A stretch of 64,000 nucleotides of DNA from Yuukianura sp. NJ FZ-2021 (taxonomy: Eukaryota). Below are positions 62,422-64,000 of this stretch, piece by piece; the first letter of the stretch is position 1, and each line of letters opens with the position of its first letter. The stretch spans positions 4,464,001 to 4,528,000 of the forward strand of contig CM102288.1 in assembly GCA_046563655.1 (NCBI GenBank), in the 5' to 3' direction. The translations under genes and the position numbers were made by a program. The notes below the pieces were generated by a model that ran no database searches, had not been told where the DNA came from, and was given only the letters and a program-made list of their open reading frames with translations.

Positions 62422-64000
62422 TTTGGCACGTTGGTGACAACAAAGCGACAAAAGTGGATTGACTAAAGTCAAGTTCCGACTGAAAGTGAAATTGAAAGTG
62501 GATTTGTACTGAGCTTATAAAGCTGCAAAAAATCACAGGATTTTGTATTTTGCAAATAAAAGCCGGTAAGCGTTACATAAAATGAAAGAACGAGTTTGTG
62601 ACTCATCCGTTTGCTCCTCCTTGCCAAAATTCCCCAAAACAGCAACTGGTATAATGTGAAGGAATTTTGAGAAAGTGCAACTCTCATTTTGCTAAAAGCA
62701 ACTTCCTGGTTTACTGGGTTATACAACAAAGTTATGTAATTTTGCGTGCACGTTCTAGAAAAACGCAAGTGTATAAAGTAAATTTTGAACTATTTTTTGA
62801 AAAAAAAAGAAGTACACTATTTTCACAAATGTTGCAAAGTGCAAAAACACTTTAGGTATACATTGTTACGTTGCGGGTGCTCATCTATTTTCTATTTTGA
62901 TAGCGTCACTTTCAATTTCCTTTTTTCCTCGTTCCATATCTCTCTTCTAAAATATTAAATTTTGGCGCTCTCAAGAGGATGAAATTCAATTTGCCGAAAA
63001 AGCTGTTTTTTGTATCGTTTTTCACAACCTTTAGGCCAAACATTGACATCAGCATCTATGTCAATTTCGATTTTTCTTTACTTTGCGAAAACACCGTATT
63101 GGCACTGTAGTCAGTAAGTTGTAGACTACAACTACGGTTACACTCACTCACTTTTCACTTTTGGTTTAAAATTCTGTACAAAAGTGCGAAAAGCACTCAA
63201 CTTTTTATCACTTTTCACCTGGCGCGTAGAAATATTTTCCTACTTCCATTTTCAAATTCCGTTTGTCCACTGGTTGTTCCATTAAAAATGGAATACACTA
63301 CGTTCCAATTTCAATTTGTGCTGAAGTTGAAAAAAAGTGAATGTGAAAGCAATTTTTGCAAATATTTTTCAAACTAACAAAGTCCAAAAGTTCCAGAAAT
63401 CACATTTCTTTTTATTAGAAAACCGGTGCTTTCCTTTTTCTGTGACTTAAGTTTTCTTTCAATGATTGAAAATCAACTCTAGGCTTTAGAAGTCTACGTA
63501 GAATACAAAAACGAAAGTGGTTTTGGAAGAATTTTTTAATCAACAAAATTCCAGAACCAAACCGATTTTTTTTTTGAAAATCGAATCAATTTGAGCAGCA
63601 GCTTTTGAAAATGGATTCTCTCCAGAAGGCAGAGCCAAATTCAAAGAAACGGAAAAAGACAAGGAGAAAAATCTGATTGGATTTTTTCAGGAACTCCAGA
63701 CAGCTTTTTTTCTTTGCTTTTTGTGCATTCCAAAGGGCTCCTTATCCGTTTTGTGTTCAGGAATTGAAAAAAATTCGGATTAAAGAAAAAATAGTACGTT
63801 TCAGTACGATTTTCAAGGTTCAATCTGAAAAAGTAACAATGGACCAAACGGAGAAAGGGGCCTCAGGCTGAATATGGCCACTATCGTATACAAGTAGTTA
63901 TTGCAGAAAAGTGGCAAAACTTGAGTGGGAAAACGACTTTTCTTGTCAGAAAATGTTGGGATTGTGCAATTCGCAAAAAGAAACTTGTCTCCCGAAGGGC

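Overview
Eukaryotic, AT-rich genomic DNA from an invertebrate, probably an arthropod (inferred from gene content and the many 55-110 nt GT-AG introns). There are no prokaryotic features. About 1-9.5 kb and 53-62 kb are essentially non-coding. Spliced genes reconstructed by hand: an FSTL4/5-like gene (+) with a complete UMPS gene nested antisense in one intron; CFAP52/WDR16 (+) with an RFX X-box; a divergent survivin-like BIR gene (-); Hrs/HGS (+); an orphan gene of about 600 aa (-); UBFD1 (-); REXO5-like exonuclease followed 32 nt later by an intronless ADAT3 (both -); a BTB-BACK gene (+); a two-finger C2H2 gene (+); and a small secreted His-rich protein (-). Most interesting observations: (1) a probable REXO5-ADAT3 dicistronic or shared-promoter unit; (2) mutually exclusive Hrs exons, one adding a second UIM; (3) a survivin-like protein lacking the H3T3ph-binding pocket residues; (4) strong, strand-symmetric enrichment of AGGTCAAAGGTCA in short introns; (5) a TIR element flanked by an 83-89 bp direct duplication; (6) a uORF whose stop overlaps the UMPS start codon. 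Exon boundaries are by-eye predictions, and no database search was possible.
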